This document shows, piece after piece, positions 13,331 to 25,293 of a DNA stretch of 64,000 bases. Both the position numbers and the translations under genes were made by a program. The notes under the pieces are model-generated. The model saw only the letters and a program-made list of their open reading frames with translations, made no database searches and was not told where the DNA came from. Location of the stretch: the NCBI RefSeq assembly GCF_016432865.1, contig NC_067403.1, forward strand, positions 247,752,001-247,816,000, in the 5' to 3' direction. This stretch comes from Antechinus flavipes (lineage: Eukaryota). Numbering within the stretch: position 1 is the stretch's first letter; each line of letters starts with the position of its first letter.

Positions 13331-15402
13331 GATCTAAAGGAAAGTCTTTAAATGAACTAGATTTTCTATTTTCCAGAACCTGGATTCTGAGTATCTTATA
13401 TATTGCTTGGTGATTCCTATGTCTGGAAGAGTCTGAACCTGTGGTTATATGATTTATAGCTTTATTTTATATTACTTATGCTTTTTATTGACTTTATATG
13501 TTAATAATTTCATAATCTTTTAATAAGACACGTACAAATGAGAATACATTATTTGTTTCAGTGGGAGAGGGATTCTATTATACACAAGTGTTGTGATTTG
13601 TACAATTCAAATGCTCCACATTCAATACAGAAAAGATGGGGATTTGCTAGAGGGAGGGGCTGAGAGCTGATTTGATTTAATAGTCCTTATGTCCTAGATG
13701 GAGGTAGAGCTGGGGTGCAGATCCTTAATCTTTCAAAAACCATAGAGAGCTTAACATTTCTCCTACCTTTCCATGAAATAGAATGGATAACCATAACTGA
13801 CAGAATGAGCACAGGAATTGCCAGTTCTGACCTGCTTGGTAAAAACATCATGTTAGTAGCTAGCACCATCTGGTGCTAATGTGGTTAAATTGCATCCCCC
13901 CATTACTACAAAAAATGAGCCTCTGGGCTGCAACTACTTTCTTCTCAAGATTGGCTTGAAGGGTTTTCAATTGTCTTGGTGAGGGCAGAGTGATTGGAAG
14001 AAAAGAGATAGGATTCAGGATTTTCAGGAACAGCACAAAATGGGGTGGATAAGAGAAGGAGCTTAAAAATGTTCCCCAAACTTTACAATGAGCCTCACTA
14101 TCTCAGAATGTCAGAGCTGGAGGAGTTCATCTGAGCCAGAATCCTTCCCACATCCCTGATAAGAGATGTGAGAGGTTGTTAGAAGTTAGAGAGTTGCTAG
14201 AAGAACTCCAATGAAGGAGGATCATAAAGCAGTCAGTTGGACTTTTAAGTAGCTCTTATTACTATGCTATTTATAATTCTGTGTTGATAATACCTTGGTA
14301 TTGATAGTTAAGGTGGATACTGAAGTGTCAAATAATGATTTGTGCATTAACCCTGGCTATGCCCTGAAGGTAGCTAATATAACACTAGCCAAAAAGGTCT
14401 AGCCCTCAGATTAATAAATGAAGATTGTAAAGCATATCTTCCATCTGGCCTCAGATTTTCATTCATATTCTCAATATTCACTGGAGCTGGATTCCAACAC
14501 TATTAAGATGAAGGACTTACACTTAGTGACCTCTATGGTTCCTCTGAGTTTTAAACATATGATTTTTCAATTCAGCACTTTTGAAACTATTACTAGAGCA
14601 ATAAGTCCAAATATGGTACATCTAAAAAGTCTAGATAGGTTAAGTAAGTTGGGAACAAGAAGAACTGAAATGAAGTATGAGAAAATTGGCTGGATATGAA
14701 GAATGGTACCTTGCCAATATACATTTTAAAATATGGTACTAGAGGAAGATGGTCTGTAGAATTGCCTTCTAAACTCTTCATGCCTTCAGTGAGCACTTAT
14801 TGAGATAGAATGTTTTAATGGGAAAAAAAAAACCTGAATGATTATGGGCAAAGTATTCTAAGCAGGTTTCCTTATCTGTGAAATAGAGATAACATGTTTC
14901 TTTCAGGGGAGATGTGTCTTAGCCTTCCTGTTTAGGTGCCATTCATCCAGGATGTGCTGTCCTGACAGTTGGTACATTCACTGATGCAACCTTCTATCTA
15001 GTAGAGCATTGAGAACTTTCTCTTTTACAGGATGCTTGGAGCATCTCACAGTAGTAGCAGCAGGAATATGCTGCCACCAACTCCCCTGGGCCTCATGATT
15101 TCCCAAGTTATAGATTCTTCTCACCGTGGAGAGAAGAGGAAAATAATGAATTCCTTGATGAGTTGTGCCTCGAATATGAGTTTCTCCTTCATATTGGGAA
15201 TCTGTCATATTTTTTCTGGGATTTAGTAACAAAGCTTTGGGCTTCAAGCCATTACCAAGACCATTAAAATACCCATTTGATCTACACAATTAGACAAGTT
15301 GTCATTGCTACTTTGACTTTGACCATGACTGGACCATGGACACCTCTTTGATTCAGAGAAGAAAAAGTCAATCCAATTGATTATTCTACTGAATAATTCA
15401 GC

Positions 15403-16050
15403 CAAAGTTGTTGATGAACTGAAATATTAGCAGAAATAATATCCATTGAAACTTATGGCCAGTTCTGGCCAAATCAGCATGTAAACTTGTGGGAAACCTC
15501 TTCAGAATCTGGATTTAAGTAATTAAATGAAAAAGGGAGAATAAATAATTACATCTCTTGTGACCTCTAATTCTCCATGGTATTGATCTCCTTGAACCAT
15601 CGTGTTATTGAGATCTGAGAAAATATATGTGGTGTCTTACAAAGGGAGCCTTCCATTTTACAGGAGCTTAAGAAAAGGCTGTTTCCCAACACAGGTACTT
15701 TATATACTTCATTGATGTCAGAGAGTTCATAAAATATGGCGGGGGGAGATCAATAGCTGAGGAGATTTTGTATTTTTTATAGACATTATTTATGGGTAAG
15801 GCGAACATGAGGATATACTTCTTAAACATGTGTCTGATCATTAGAATGCAAGTTCATTGTGAATAGAGACAGTTTCCCAGCATCTAGCTCAGCGTCTGGC
15901 ATATAGTAGGCACTTAATAAATACTAATTGCTTGATTGCTCATATGTAGCTAGAATATCTGCAATAGAAAGTAGCAATATATTTCTAAGGAAATTATTTT
16001 AAACATTCTAGTACAACATAGGTTTATAATTTCATTAATTGGGGTAATAC
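15403..16050 (+). repeat. Old local duplication, copy A (partner 21998-22580)
   Basis: Collinear identical blocks shared with copy B: caaagttgttgatga, gtaaacttgtgggaaacctcttc, catgtgtctgatcattagaatgcaa, gtctggcatatagtaggcacttaataaatacta, attctagtacaacatag. Confidence 0.8.
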
Positions 16051-16285
16051 CCCATAGATACAATTCACACTTGCTTTCCACTATTACAGATAATTTGGGG
16101 GTTGAAATGAGTCTCAAATATCATCTTATCCAATTCTTATCTAAATAGGCTTCTCCTCTTACATGGTCTTCCAGCATTTGAGTTAGAGACAACCAGTGAT
16201 AAGACTCTCAGTATTTCTCAAGATAGTGCAAGAGGGTCATAATTTTTGGCACCTTTTTCTTAAAAGGAATTGAAATCTTACTCTC

Positions 16286-16431
16286 GGGGCAGCTAGGTAG
16301 TATAGTGGATAGTTCAACAGCCTTGAAGTCAAGAGGACCTGAGTTCAAATCTGGTCTCAGACACTTAACACTTCCTGGCTATGTGACCCTGGGCAAGTCA
16401 CTTTAACCCCAATTGCCTTAGCAAAAAAAAA
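16286..16431 (+). mobile_element. WSINE1-type short tRNA-derived SINE with target-site duplication
   Basis: ggggcagctagg...gagttcaaatc...gtgaccctgggcaagtcact...aattgccttagc followed by an A tail. TSD CTTACTCTC at 16277-16285 and 16432-16440. Confidence 0.9.
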
Positions 16432-17191
16432 CTTACTCTCTTTTATTTCTCTGCATTGCTCTTAGAATTGTCTTCTCAAAGAAAATAGATCCGAATTCTA
16501 TCCGAATTCATGTTCCTTTCTACCATATTATCAAACAAATGACCAATTCTTTTAACATTTTCCAGATTTTGCTTTTCAATTCTTTTTTGCTTTTTGAGCT
16601 TGAATATCTCTCTTTGGACACAGTTTTTTGGTCTGTCTTAGATCTTTAGATTTTTGAGCACTAAACATAAACTGTTTGGTGGCTAAAGCATCAGACCTGC
16701 AGTCAGGGAGATCCGAGTTCAAAACCCAGAAATAGACAAGAACTATTTTACCTAGGGACAGTTACTTACTTTTTGTCCCAGAATCCTCATCTATAAAATG
16801 AAGACAACAAAGAACTTATCTTTTAGGGTTGTTGAGAGAATCAAGTGAGATAATTGTAAATTACTCAGTACAATTTCTGGCACATAATAAGTGTGTCACA
16901 TGTTAGATGTTATTATTATTGTTGTTAGTACAGTCTCACCATCTGATTAAGAACCTTTCTCTCTTTACTCTTACCCATAATCACTTTTGCTTTCCACACT
17001 TAATGTCAAGGTTTTGGCTAATCAGAGATACTCATCCACCTTGCTTGGGTGAGATGAGATAATTACCCTTTTCTTAAACTACCCTTTAAGCCTTCACTGA
17101 GTTTCCTTCAAAGTGTGATTGATTGCCATGGTATTCCAGATCTAGGGATTTTAATGTCATTTTTTTCCCTCCCAGGCAATAAGTAAAGTCA

Positions 17192-18127
17192 ATGGCTGAG
17201 CAGAATCACAGCACTGTGACAGAGTTCATTCTCATTGGCTTTTCTGACCATCCCAAGCTGGGAGTTATTCTCTTCCTGGTGTTCCTCACTTTCTATCTCG
17301 TCACCGTCCTGGGCAATATGGGCATGGTCCTGCTGATTTGTTTGGATAACCAGCTCCACACCCCCATGTACTTCTTCTTGAGTCACCTCTCTCTCTTGGA
17401 TGCCTGCTACTCTTCCGTCATTATTCCTCAGATATTGATCACTCTGGTTACTGGCAGGACAAGTGTCTCCTATAACTCTTGTGCTACTCAGTTCTTCTTT
17501 TTCACAGTCTGTGCTGGAACTGAATGTTTTCTGCTTTCAGTGATGGCCTATGACCGTTATGTTGCCATTAGCAATCCTCTCCTGTATACAACAGCCATGA
17601 CGCTAGGCACCCGTTGGGGTTTGGTGGTGGGGGCTTATGCTGGTGGTGTATCGGGAGCTATTCTTCGCACAGCTTGCACATTCACACTTTCCTTCTGTGG
17701 GCCTAACAAGATCAACTTCTTCTTCTGTGATCTGCCACCTCTGCTGCAGCTTTCATGCAGTGATACCACCACCAGCCAAATTCTGATTCTTTTCTTTGGC
17801 AACTTTGTGATCTTGGCCAACGCCCTCATGATTTTGGTTTCCTATTTGTTCATCATCAGGGCCATCCTGCATATAAAGTCAGTTGGGGGCAAAGTCAAGA
17901 CCTTCTCCACCTGTGCCTCTCACATCACAGCTGTGATTCTCTTCTTTGGGACCCTTACATTCATGTATATGCGTAGCAACTCAAATAAATCACTCGAAGA
18001 GGACAAGGTGGTGTCTGTCTTCTATACTGTGGTCATTCCCATGCTGAACCCTTTCATCTACAGCCTGAGGAATAAGGAGGTGAAAGCTGCCTTCAGAAAA
18101 GTCATGAATAGAACCCAGATCTTTTAG
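17192..18127 (+). CDS. OR9I1: Olfactory receptor OR9I1-like, 311 aa, intact
   Basis: OR motifs LHTPMYFFLSHLS, MAYDRY, KTFSTCASH and PMLNPFIYSLRN are present. Diagnostic segments match recalled human OR9I1 (GVSGAILRT, FFGNFVILANA, KSLEEDKVVSVFY). Acceptor ttttttccctcccag ends at 17175. Confidence 0.95.
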   Translation: MAEQNHSTVTEFILIGFSDHPKLGVILFLVFLTFYLVTVLGNMGMVLLICLDNQLHTPMYFFLSHLSLLDACYSSVIIPQILITLVTGRTSVSYNSCATQFFFFTVCAGTECFLLSVMAYDRYVAISNPLLYTTAMTLGTRWGLVVGAYAGGVSGAILRTACTFTLSFCGPNKINFFFCDLPPLLQLSCSDTTTSQILILFFGNFVILANALMILVSYLFIIRAILHIKSVGGKVKTFSTCASHITAVILFFGTLTFMYMRSNSNKSLEEDKVVSVFYTVVIPMLNPFIYSLRNKEVKAAFRKVMNRTQIF

Positions 18128-18194
18128 TAGATATAGTTCTGGGTGAGTCCTTATTTATGTTAAAGATTTTTTCCCCTGAATAATAATTATTATT

Positions 18195-18420
18195 ATTGAG
18201 TTATTTCAGTTGTGTCCAACTCTCTGTGAATCCATTTGGGGTTCTCTTGGCAAAAATGCTGGAGTGGTTCCCTATTTCTCTCCTTTTACAGATAAAGAAA
18301 TAGACAAATAGAGATAAATGACTTTCCCAGGGCCACACAGTTAGTAAGAATCTGAGGCTGGATTTGAAGTTAGGTTCTCTTGACTCTAAAGTCAGCCCTC
18401 TATCATTGTGCCATCCATCT
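18195..18420 (-). mobile_element. MAR1-type CORE-SINE
   Basis: RTE-like tail read antisense (ttcagttgtgtccaactctctgtga...ttggcaaaaatgctggagtggtt), then core and tRNA-like head. Confidence 0.75.
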
Positions 18421-19679
18421 GGTCAGAAATAATAATAGCTAACATCTATGAAAAAAAATTTAAGTGATACTCTATTAAGATCTAGGAGGAATCAAAAGAC
18501 CTAGAATTGGAAGGCATCTTAGAGATCTTCTCATCTAGTTCCATTTGCATGTGTAATACAAGTTCTCAAACCTCAACATGGTGATAATTAATACAGCTAA
18601 ACATGGTATAGTGATCTAAAAGATTACTGACTAGGAGGCAGAAGACCCAATCATGCCATTAGGTGATTGTGTGACTTATAGAATATCACTGTTTCTCTCT
18701 TAGTCTCAGTTCCTGTTTCTAGAAAATTGAAAGTTGCATACAATGATCCTTCCAGTTGTCTGATTCTAAATATCTAAATAACGATATTACAAGAAGTGCA
18801 AAATTCACCAGGCAAGAGGCTGAAGAGAGCAGATTTGTACTCCCACTTCCAAAAGCTTGCCAATATTTATTGGGGATAATTAATATTTGGATGACTTACT
18901 AATTGTGCCTTGTAAACCTTAAATTCTATAAATATGAGTGATAGTGGCAAAATAGTGACAAATCCCACCATTATTATCTTCAGATCATCCTTCCAAGTTG
19001 AGGAGTTTTTTTACTCCACTCAGAGAAGCTCTGTAATGGAGTGGAAAGAGTGGTATTAGGCATGTTTGCACCTGGAGAACACAACACAAAACACATAGAA
19101 AGCGAATCCTTAGGTGGGCAAAGGGTGGGGAGAAGTTCGATCCTAGCCCATAATCAGCTGCCTTATTTATCAGTTATCACTGATTATTCTATTTATATCC
19201 TAAGGAGTAAAAATATTGTCAGCACCTTTTAAGTTCAGCACCCTGGACAGAGTCCTAATCACATTATCTTGATTATCTATCCCTGCAGAAAGATGCATTG
19301 GATTTGCAATTAGGGGACCTGACTTGAAATCCAGGGTCTGCCACTTATTACCCTTGTAATGGATCTTACTGTGAAACAAGGGCTTTGAAAGAGTTGGTCT
19401 TTATGTCTAAATGCTGTACTCCCTCTGAAGATCTACATCACGTTCTGTATTTGTCTCACTGTTTCTGATGTTTTCTTTTATAAATACTTCCTTTGTCTTA
19501 CCAATACTCTGCTCCTCTACCCCTTCAAGCCTCTGTTGCCTTTTTTAGGGCCCTGTAAGTCTCTTTTGGAACATGGCTTTTTTGAAGAGGTATTGTGTCT
19601 AGGAGCCAAAGAGAATCTTAAAAGACTATAGCACTCCCAGTTTCTGCCCTACTGCTTTCCAGTTTTCCAAACTTTTTTT

Positions 19680-21997
19680 TCCACACAAATAATTAATTCA
19701 TATCTCAAAATCTTAAGTCTTTACATTTGTTAAATACAAGGTTATTGTGTTTGTTTAATGCTATAAATTACGTGTCTACTCTGTTTCATTAATCTACCTT
19801 TCTATTTCTTAGTCAGTGCCAGATAATTTTGTGAATTACTGTCTTATAATATAGATTATTTTTATCTTTAGCTTTTATTTTTAGCTTTAAGATAGGGATA
19901 TTCCTTTACAATTTTTCATTATGTCTGTAATGTTCTCTCTGAGATGTAATGTTCTCTGTTGAGATTTTCTTGAGGTCTCTGGAGGCAGCTTTCATTTCAG
20001 TTCAGTAATCACCACAAGTGTAGCCAGGTGTTAAAGTGCGAATCCTTTATTGTCTCCTTCAAAGTCTTGTCTCCTTTCCTGGGGCCTGGTTAGCTTTCTT
20101 AGAGGCCTATATCTCTCTTTGGTTCCAAACACTTGAGTTCCTACCTGCCTTCTCTGTCTTCCGAATCTCCCTGAATCCAAAGATTTGTGCTTTAACCTCC
20201 AGCCACTACAAAGGTGGATGATGGAATGAATTTGTCTCAGCCTCCAAGAGCTTGTAGTGCACTTGTCTTTTCTGGCCCTGAGAGCTTCTAGATTATATGC
20301 TCCACACTGAGTATATACCAATCATTATATCACTAGGAAACCATTATTTGTTGTAGGATTAAATCAACACTAAACTAGATTTAACCATTGTCTCCTCAAT
20401 TCCACTTAGTACCTTGTTTCAAGTTCTGGCCCATAACAATGTCCTTGGATTGTCTAAACTTTTTGTTCTTCCAAATGAAATTTGTTTATATTTTTTCCAA
20501 TTCAATTAATTATTTTTGTAATTTAATCAGGATGTTGTTGAATATATAAATTAGTTTAGGTAAAACTGTTCTTTTTATTGTATTTATCTCACCAACCCAT
20601 GAACAATTAATACTGTACAATTTTTGTAATTTTGAATAAAAATTAAAAAAAATTAAAATATAGTTTCTGGGTTTGTTTTGAGAAATGTATTATCAGGTAT
20701 TTTATACTGTTTAAGATTATTTTAAAAAGGCTATCTCTTTTTTGCAGAATTCTATTTGTGATAAGTAGGAATACTGATGATTTTTGTGGATTTACTTTAT
20801 ATCTTTCTAAAATATCATTAAATTATTGTTTCAAGTAACTTTTAAGTTGAGTCTTAGGAATTTTCCATATATATCACAATGTTGTCTGCAAAAAAGAGAT
20901 TATTTTGTTGCCCCATTTTTTATTCTAGGTTCTTCTATTTCTTTTTCTTCTCTTATTGATATTGTTAGGATTTCCAGTATGATACTGAACAATATTGGTG
21001 GCAGTGGCCATCCTCATCTCACAATTTATTTTACTGGGGTGGCTTCTAGTTTATCTTCATTATATCAATGGTTGCTTATACTTAAAGATAAATGCTTTTC
21101 ATTAGTACTGAAGGAAAAAATCCATTGATGCCAATATTTCCAAATTTTTAAAAAATAGAAATGCTTGTTAAATTTTATCCAAAGCCTCATAATTGTCATT
21201 GTATTTAATGAAGTTATTGACTATTTCTGTGATTTGTTCTTTAACCCACCCATTCTTTATAATTATGTTGTTTAATCTCCTATATATATATATATATATG
21301 ATATATATGTATACACACACACATAAAACTTCTTTCTTATTTTTTTGTTATCTAGTTCTAAGTCCCTTACTATTACAATAATATGATCTATCTCCACTTA
21401 TAATTAATTAATTAAAAAATTTAGGTGGTATATCATTTGGTCCATATAGATTCGATATTGATATTATTTCATTGTCTATGGTACCTTTTATTGAAATGTG
21501 ATTACACTGTTCATTTCTTTTAATTGAATCTATTTTAGCCATAACTTTGTCTAAGCTAGTAATTGCTACTTCTGTCTTTTTTTACATCGGCTGAGACATA
21601 AAAAATTCTACTCCAACCCTCCATTTTAACTCATTCTTAAAATGTATTGCTTGCAAACAAAATACTGTTGCATTCTGATTTTTAATCCATTCTGCTCTTC
21701 ATTTCCATTCACATTCAAAGTTATATATATCATATAATATAAAGAAAATTTATCTGTAAATTTCCTTTCATCTTATTTTTACTTACTTCCTTCTCAGTAT
21801 TTTTACTCTATCCCTATAACCCTGTTTTGTCCCCTTACCTTCTTATTACTTATTTTACTCACCCCTCTAAAAGTGTCTCCCTTATATTTTTCCCTGCCCT
21901 TTTAATCTTGGTCTATGCATCCTTCTAAAACTCCCTTCTACATCCTGCCCCCAATTTTCTTGCCTCTCTAGAAATTCAGAAGACATTTAAACTTCTT
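19680..21997 (-). mobile_element. L1 fragments (ORF2, antisense), interrupted by a solo LTR
   Basis: T-rich L1 ORF2 antisense phrases (cagataattttgtgaattactgt, gataagtaggaatactgatgatttttgtgg, aatattggtggcagtggccatcct). Confidence 0.7.
19926..20438 (-). mobile_element. ERV solo LTR, 513 bp
   Basis: TG...CA termini with a perfect 5-bp TSD ATGTC (19921-19925 and 20439-20443). A minus-strand AATAAA sits at 20046-20051 and a TATAA-like box near 20290. It is GC-richer than the host L1. Confidence 0.85.
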
Positions 21998-22580
21998 CAA
22001 AGTTGTTGATGAGTTACCCCATTGAGATAGCAGCTGAAATAATATTCATCTAAAACAATAATGAGTTCTGCCCATCTCAATTTGTAAACTTGTGGGAAAC
22101 CTCTTCTAATTACATCTTTTATGATTTCTACCATAACCTTCTAATCTTCTATGGTACTCATTTCCTTGGACTATTGCGTTATTGAGAAGATCTGAGAAAA
22201 TACATGTAGTTTCTTATAAGAAGACTCTTCCACCTGGCAGGAGCTTGAGAAAGGACTATTGTAAAATACAGGTACTGCAAATCCTGTATTGATGCCATAG
22301 AGATCATAAAATGGAGAATCAATAACTGAAGTGACTTTATATTTCTATAGACATTATGATAATGTGTACAAGAGGACACGATTGCATTCATGTGTCTGAT
22401 CATTAGAATGCAAATTCTAGGGACTGTTATCCCAGCACCCAACATAATGTCTGGCATATAGTAGGCACTTAATAAATACTAGTAGGTAGCTAGAACTGAT
22501 AGCAACATATTTCTGAAAGAAATTATTTGAAATATTCTAGTACAACATAGATTTATGATTTCACCAATCTGGACATGGAC
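21998..22580 (+). repeat. Old local duplication, copy B (partner 15403-16050)
   Basis: Same collinear blocks as copy A; the left edge abuts the L1. Confidence 0.8.
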
Positions 22581-23117
22581 ATGAGTCACATTTGCTCCCT
22601 CATAACAGATGATTTTTGTGGATTATTATGGATGAAGAAACTTCTCACCTATAGGGTGGCCTTCTGGTGATGAAAATCTCTACTTGACTAGATTGGTCCT
22701 TGGGAAACAATCTATTGTCAATGCAAATTCTTGATAGCTTGGTAAAATTTAACAGAGCCTGTGCTCTGTAGTAGTGCTGTATGTTGTATTACCTATTAAA
22801 CACGAACTCTTGTTAGTAAAACCTATATTTTTGTCTTTTTTATATCCTTATTACTTGTTATAGTGTCTAACCTGTAGTAAATATTTAATAAGTACTTGTT
22901 GACTAATCAAATGGCAAAGGAAGAGATATTGTGATTGATGTAAGTAAAGGAAAAGAGTATAAATACTAGGACTATAATTTTCCAGCCTTCATTTTCCATA
23001 AGGATATTTTCTGGAATAATAGAATGTGAATTGGAACAAACCTTAGAGATAAATGTATCTAAAACTGTTAGCCAAGGAAAGACACTCAACCAAGGACACA
23101 AAACTCAAGTTATTCCA

Positions 23118-23476
23118 GGGCCAAACATGGATGGAGCTCATGGCCTTCATCTCAAACACAGAACTCTAGCCCACAGGATAATTAATTTAGTAATGGATGG
23201 GTATAACAGTGGTGGATTTAGACACAGAAAAAGATGAGACTCAATTTATTTTAGCACCCAGGGATATTGTCTTCTGACTAAAAATTAATTGTTCTTTCTA
23301 TTATGTTATGCTATCACCTTAACTGAAAACTCCCTAGGTGGTGAAGAATTAAATTTAGTCTTTTACCTATGTTTAAATCCACTATTTTTATACCCCTCAT
23401 TCTTAAGTTAATTGACTTAGGGGTTAGAGTTCTGTGTCTGGGACCAAGGCCATGGGCTTCATCCCTGTTTGGGCCC
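23118..23476. repeat. Decayed inverted repeat (arms 23118-23250 and 23347-23476)
   Basis: The left arm gggccaaacatggatggagctcatggcc...cacagaactctagccc aligns with the reverse complement of the right arm (gggcccaaacagggatgaagcccatggcc...cacagaactctaaccc), about 75% identity by eye. Confidence 0.75.
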
Positions 23477-23692
23477 ATACGTTTTATTCTGCTCCATGGA
23501 CCAAAGATTATTTCTCTTGCCTCAAATCATGAGGCAGGCCCCAAATGTCACTCCCACTCAGCAATTCAGTTCCAGCAACTTTGTGATCTAAGCAAAGTTT
23601 GTTTTCAGTGCTTTCCTCCCCCCTCCTCTTTCTCCCCCTCTTTCTTTGTTTCTGTTTCTCTCTGTCTCTTTCTCTTCATCTTGCTCTCTCTC

Positions 23693-23848
23693 TCATACAC
23701 ACACATATGTTCATATACACAGATAAACACACAGAGACACACACAGATACATTTACATGCATACCCACAGACACATATCCACATGTACATACAGACACAT
23801 ACACATACACATACACACACAGGGACACACACACACACACACACACAC
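23693..23848. repeat. (CA)n-rich compound microsatellite
   Basis: Directly visible CA/CATA runs. Confidence 0.9.
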
Positions 23849-24424
23849 AATCTTTATCCCTTCCCACCATGAGTGCCAAGAACTGCTCACGTGGGACCCT
23901 TGTTATGTTGCTTAATAGTTAAGGTTCTTGATTTGGATTCAAGAAGTCTTTGGTTCCAATCCTACCTCAGAATTTACTTGTTGTAAGATCCTAGGCAAGT
24001 CACTCATTCTCTCTCTTGTTCCTTACTTTTTTTGTCTATAAAATAAAGATGTGTTGGATAGGGTTGATGGTCTATAAGTTTCCTTGTAGCTCTAAATCCC
24101 TAATCTTATGATTTGGACAGGACTGAGAATTTACTATTATACATTTTCACAACATGCTCACATCACTTTTCTATCCTGTGTCTTTTTCTCTCAACCATGA
24201 CCTGCCTCTTTTCAGTTTCCTTGTTCAGCAAAACCCTGCATTACTCTTCTTTCCCTCTAATAAAGTCTGCTCTCTGGATAGTATCTGCTGTTTGTCACAT
24301 CCAGCTGAGGAGCTTGAATCCTTATGATCTGCTTCTCTAGTGGATTTAGTTTTTAAATTCAATTCTTTCTTACTATTATTAAAGAATGTAAAATTTAGAT
24401 GACACTTTAGATCTAAATCTAAAT

Positions 24425-25293
24425 CTGTGTCATTCATGAGCTCAGGATGGAATAAAGGATCAGATGCTGTATCAGTGAGAACAGTCCCCATTGCTTTGGA
24501 GGGGTATAAAGTGTGTCAAAAATTAATTTCCTTTTTTACAATAACAACTTTTTGAGGTAGCAGACATATGTGATTATCTCTATTTTATATGTGAAATATA
24601 AGAACATTCAGGAAGGTAAATGACTTTCACTCCATTCAATCACACAACTACTCTAAAAGGTCATTCAAAATCTAAATGTGGTTCTATTCCCTACTCAATT
24701 ATTCACAGAATATCCAGGGCAGGACTGGTGATACGTGATATATAAACCACATGGGAGGATCCCAGAGTTTTAGATTCTTGCTCTGACTCTACCATTCACT
24801 CAGGTTGTGCTCTTAGGTTAGAAAGTCACTTCATATGTGCCTCAGTTTCTTCATCTGTTAGCTGGAGATAATCTCTGCCCTACCTACCTTTCTCATGGGT
24901 TGTTTTTTAGAATATGAATTTCTCTGGAACAAAAAAAAACTTAAATGGAAATATCAAAGTGACACAATAGAATGGACACTGGTTTGCTAGTAGGAGAACT
25001 GAAGCCCACTTCTGCCCTTGGCTGAGTGACCCAGGAAAAGTCATTGAATGCCCTTTTAGAGTAGTTGTGTGATTGTATGGTGTGAAAGTCATTTACCTTC
25101 TTGAATGTTCTTATATTTCACAAATAAAATCATATATAAAATAGAGATATACATTTGCTACCTCAAAAGGTTGTTATTATGAGAAAGGAAAGTAATTTTT
25201 GAAACACTTTACACTCCTCCAAAGCAATGGGGACTGTTCTCACTGGTACAGCATCTGATCCTTTATTCCATCCTGAGCTCATGAATTACACAG
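24425..25293. repeat. Long inverted repeat (arms 24425-24668 and 25044-25293, 375-bp spacer)
   Basis: Core 24432-24534 matches the reverse complement of 25184-25286 with 5 mismatches in 103 nt. The inner parts align with two small indels as far as cattcaa/ttgaatg. Confidence 0.92.

Noticed and set aside
13690-14420. Possible second V2R 7TM remnant on the minus strand (LATFRA*PG)
   Set aside because: An isolated short resemblance; the flanking translation and spacing do not fit.
23369-23922. 167-aa and neighbouring ORFs rich in HT/CV repeats
   Set aside because: Translations of (CA)n microsatellite DNA.
24425-25293. Long inverted repeat as a MITE or foldback transposon
   Set aside because: No target-site duplication (left flank ends ...aaat, right flank begins tag...), and the arms contain decayed SINE-like host sequence.
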